64,000 bases of DNA. Source: Hemiscyllium ocellatum. Lineage: Eukaryota. Position numbers and translations under genes: made by a program. The number at the start of each line of letters is the position of its first letter. Within the stretch, counting starts at the first letter, position 1. A model generated the notes under the pieces. That model was given only the letters and a program-made list of their open reading frames with translations, ran no database searches and was not told the origin of the DNA. The stretch is from assembly GCF_020745735.1 (NCBI RefSeq), contig NC_083422.1, forward strand, positions 19,592,001 to 19,656,000. The letters run 5' to 3'. Positions 61,301-64,000 of the stretch are shown in pieces.

Positions 61301-63390
61301 AGCTTAATAAATGAAAATATTTTTGTTAACAGTGGTATAAATCATTGTCCTTGCTAACTGATCGGGACATTAATAGCTCGAGACGACCTTTTTATCCAAC
61401 AGTGAGTTACACTGGCAATTGAACATTTGATCACTGAGCTATTCACCTCCTGCAGTCCTTCCATTAAAAGCTGAATTGTAATTCAAAACAGCTGATCACT
61501 AGCATGATAATATAAAGTATGAAGGGGAAATAGTTTATCAAAACTTTATTTGCTGGATATTAACTTTTGTGGTGAAATATACTGACTGCAGTTAGAAAAA
61601 AGAATGTCTTGGCTACAGTGACATTATCCTTTTGACGAAAAAGATTGAGAAAAATCTGGTTCTAGTCATAAAATACCAATACTCACCTCACTAATAGCTT
61701 ACATAAGTCACTGTTTATATTAGAGGATAAAGTTGCTTTGACAACAGAAAGGTTTGATAGTCGCAGATTAACACTGCACCATCTGTTTCTTTCCTCAGGT
61801 TTTTTTTTCAGTTGATTTAGAGAATTGGTAATTGGAAAATTGTATAAGTTTTGTACAAGTTTTGGAAAGTATAATTGTATATTTTTTCAAATGTATTTTG
61901 AACTTGGTGGTAGTGACTATGTTAATATAGCACTGGCTGCTCATCGAGGACAACCAAGTTTGAATTGTGATTCATGACACAGAGGTCATATCTTTATCAA
62001 TGTTGCTTAAGAGGAATAGAAAATTGGAGAAGGAGGAACAAGGTTCCATAACTAACAAAGACTGAGTTCTTGCAATTGATCCATGAAACAGTGTCAACAT
62101 TTAGAAATGTTTGTTTCTAATACTCCATATGGAGAGAAAAAAACAAATTGCCTGCTATTTAATTGCAAACATCTTAACACTAAAAGCCTTCAAAACAGGT
62201 TAATGTTTCAACTACTGGTGAATAGTTTTCTTAACTGAAAGATAAAGGGATCCTCCATTTATATCAGAAGCAAATGCATTATAGAAACTGAAAACTTGAC
62301 ATTAACATGATTTCCTTATGTTCAGTGTCTGTAACTTTAAACAGTTCAGGGTAACTGAAATATATTTCTCCTTTAAATGCTGTGCCTGGGTATCCAGGAA
62401 GTTGTTCACTGTGGTACAGACAGCACAATATTAAGGTTCTCACAGTAAAAGCTTGAATTGTGGAAAGGGGGCTTATTTTAGAGACCCACAAGAGCAGGAA
62501 CTATGGCATGCAGGTGACAGAATTAGTAACATGTGTGATTTCAATTGGCAATAACCTGGCACGTGCTCAAGACCGTGGCACTGTGCATAAACAGAAAATT
62601 GGCATTGTGCCTGTGTGATTTCCATTGTTTCCCTGGCCTGGCTGAGGAGATAGTCCTTTAGGTTGATGCTTACCTGTCCCCTGTGTGCGGTGGTCTGGAC
62701 CACACTCCAGTATCCGCAGCTCCACCTCCACCCACTTCCATCGCATCTCTTTGATGAATTAAGCAGTGACATTTGGGGTGGGGAGGGAAATTAATGATTT
62801 TTCCAAATAACGCAGGGTCAGCAGCCTAAATCACTCATTGCTATTGCTCATGTGCTGAGCCCAGCACTTAAATCAAAATGGCAACAATCAAATACTCACA
62901 GGGCTGCCATTTTTCAGATTAGCAGTCAACCCAGTTATGACTGTATATGGATACTTTTAAAGAATCCCATTCAGAAGTGCACGTACAAACATCTCCCTAG
63001 AGAATACTGCACATGCCCCGTGGTGTCAGCAAACACAGCCATTTTCACTTTCGGAAGTTAGGTTGAGATACAGAGTCAGTGACATGTTCATGGCATGTTG
63101 GCCCTGACCTCACGCAGTCTAATGGTGGGTTTGTCCTTGCAACAATTTGCATGCTCTGAATACTCACTGGTATTAAACAGTTTTAAGATTGTGTTCAAAA
63201 TTCAGTATAATGTTAGTGGTGCACAAAGGATTTGTGGCATTGGGTTTACATTTGTTGAGAGGTGGCTTTGTGCTCTGGTGCCTGAGGTCTTCCATGTTGA
63301 ACTCTATGGCATGAGAGATTGTAGTGCCAAATAAGGGGCACAGTGCAGCCACCAATCCTCCTTTCTATTATCTTAAATAATAACCAATTT

Positions 63391-63756
63391 GTCATAGAGT
63401 CATACATACGTATAGCATGGAAACAGACCCTTCAGTCCAACTCGGCCATACTGACCAGATATCCTAACGTCATCTGGTGCCATTTGCCAGCACTTGGCCC
63501 ATAGCCCACTAAACCTTTCCTAATCATATACCCATCAAGATGCTTTTTAAATGTTATAACTGCACCAAAATCCACCACTTCCTCTGGCAGCTCATTTCAT
63601 ACATGCACCACTTTTTGCATGAAAATGGTGCCCCTTAGGTTCCTTTTAAATTTTTCCCCTCGCACTCAAAATCTATGCCCTCTAGTTCTGGGCACCCCCA
63701 TTCTAGGGTAAAGCCCTTGTCTACTGACCCTATCCATGCTCCTGATGGTTTATAAA
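63391..63756 (-). mobile_element. CR1/HER1 3' fragment
   Basis: Reverse of the 56518-56912 type, with tail gtcatagagtcata. Confidence 0.92.
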
Positions 63757-64000
63757 ATTGCTCAAGTTCAACAAAATTTAGAAGTGTCCGCCCTTGGAGG
63801 CGACTGTAACAAAAATCCAAAGCACAAATGAAACTTACAAATTCATTTAAAGTTTCAATGTGGGGAGTGATGGACTCCAGCTTTAGCAGTGCACACTGTT
63901 GACAGAAGGACTGACGTGTCTGTGCAGACACTTTGTACTGCCTTTCCAGGATCACATCAGTGCAGACATAACCAAGGAATAGAGGCAGGTAATTTGGTGA

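Noticed and set aside
1-64000. CRISPR arrays, operons or other prokaryotic systems
   Set aside because: No regularly spaced repeat-spacer arrays and no dense coding. The repeat content is vertebrate.

Overview
This is AT-rich vertebrate genomic DNA, almost certainly from a shark (elasmobranch), judged by about 11 HE1-type V-SINEs and their HER1/CR1 partner LINE. It looks like intronic or intergenic sequence, and I recognise no host protein-coding gene. Nearly all longer ORFs in the track are decayed transposon frames or chance ORFs. The window holds many CR1/HER1 LINE fragments, a second CR1/L2-group LINE with its own SINE, a 5'-intact but 3'-amputated L1 (ORF1+ORF2), a Rex1/Babar fragment, Deu-SINE and LF-SINE-like relics, a pogo/Tigger-type MITE and a Harbinger transposase remnant. 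The most interesting signal is a family of Penelope-like (GIY-YIG) retroelements. Their termini carry minimal hammerhead-ribozyme motifs (CUGANGA-stem II-GAAAC-GUH), and they are integrated as fold-back palindromes with 14-16 bp TSDs, a roughly constant 35-42 nt unpaired 3' tail, arms that co-vary within a copy, and fold-back points clustered at the ribozyme in the short copies. A second short hammerhead-headed family shows stem covariation. A chimeric Penelope copy at about 48.7-49.4 kb appears to mark a recombinational deletion. Family names come from recognised motifs and recalled consensus sequences, not database searches, and the boundaries of old repeats are approximate.
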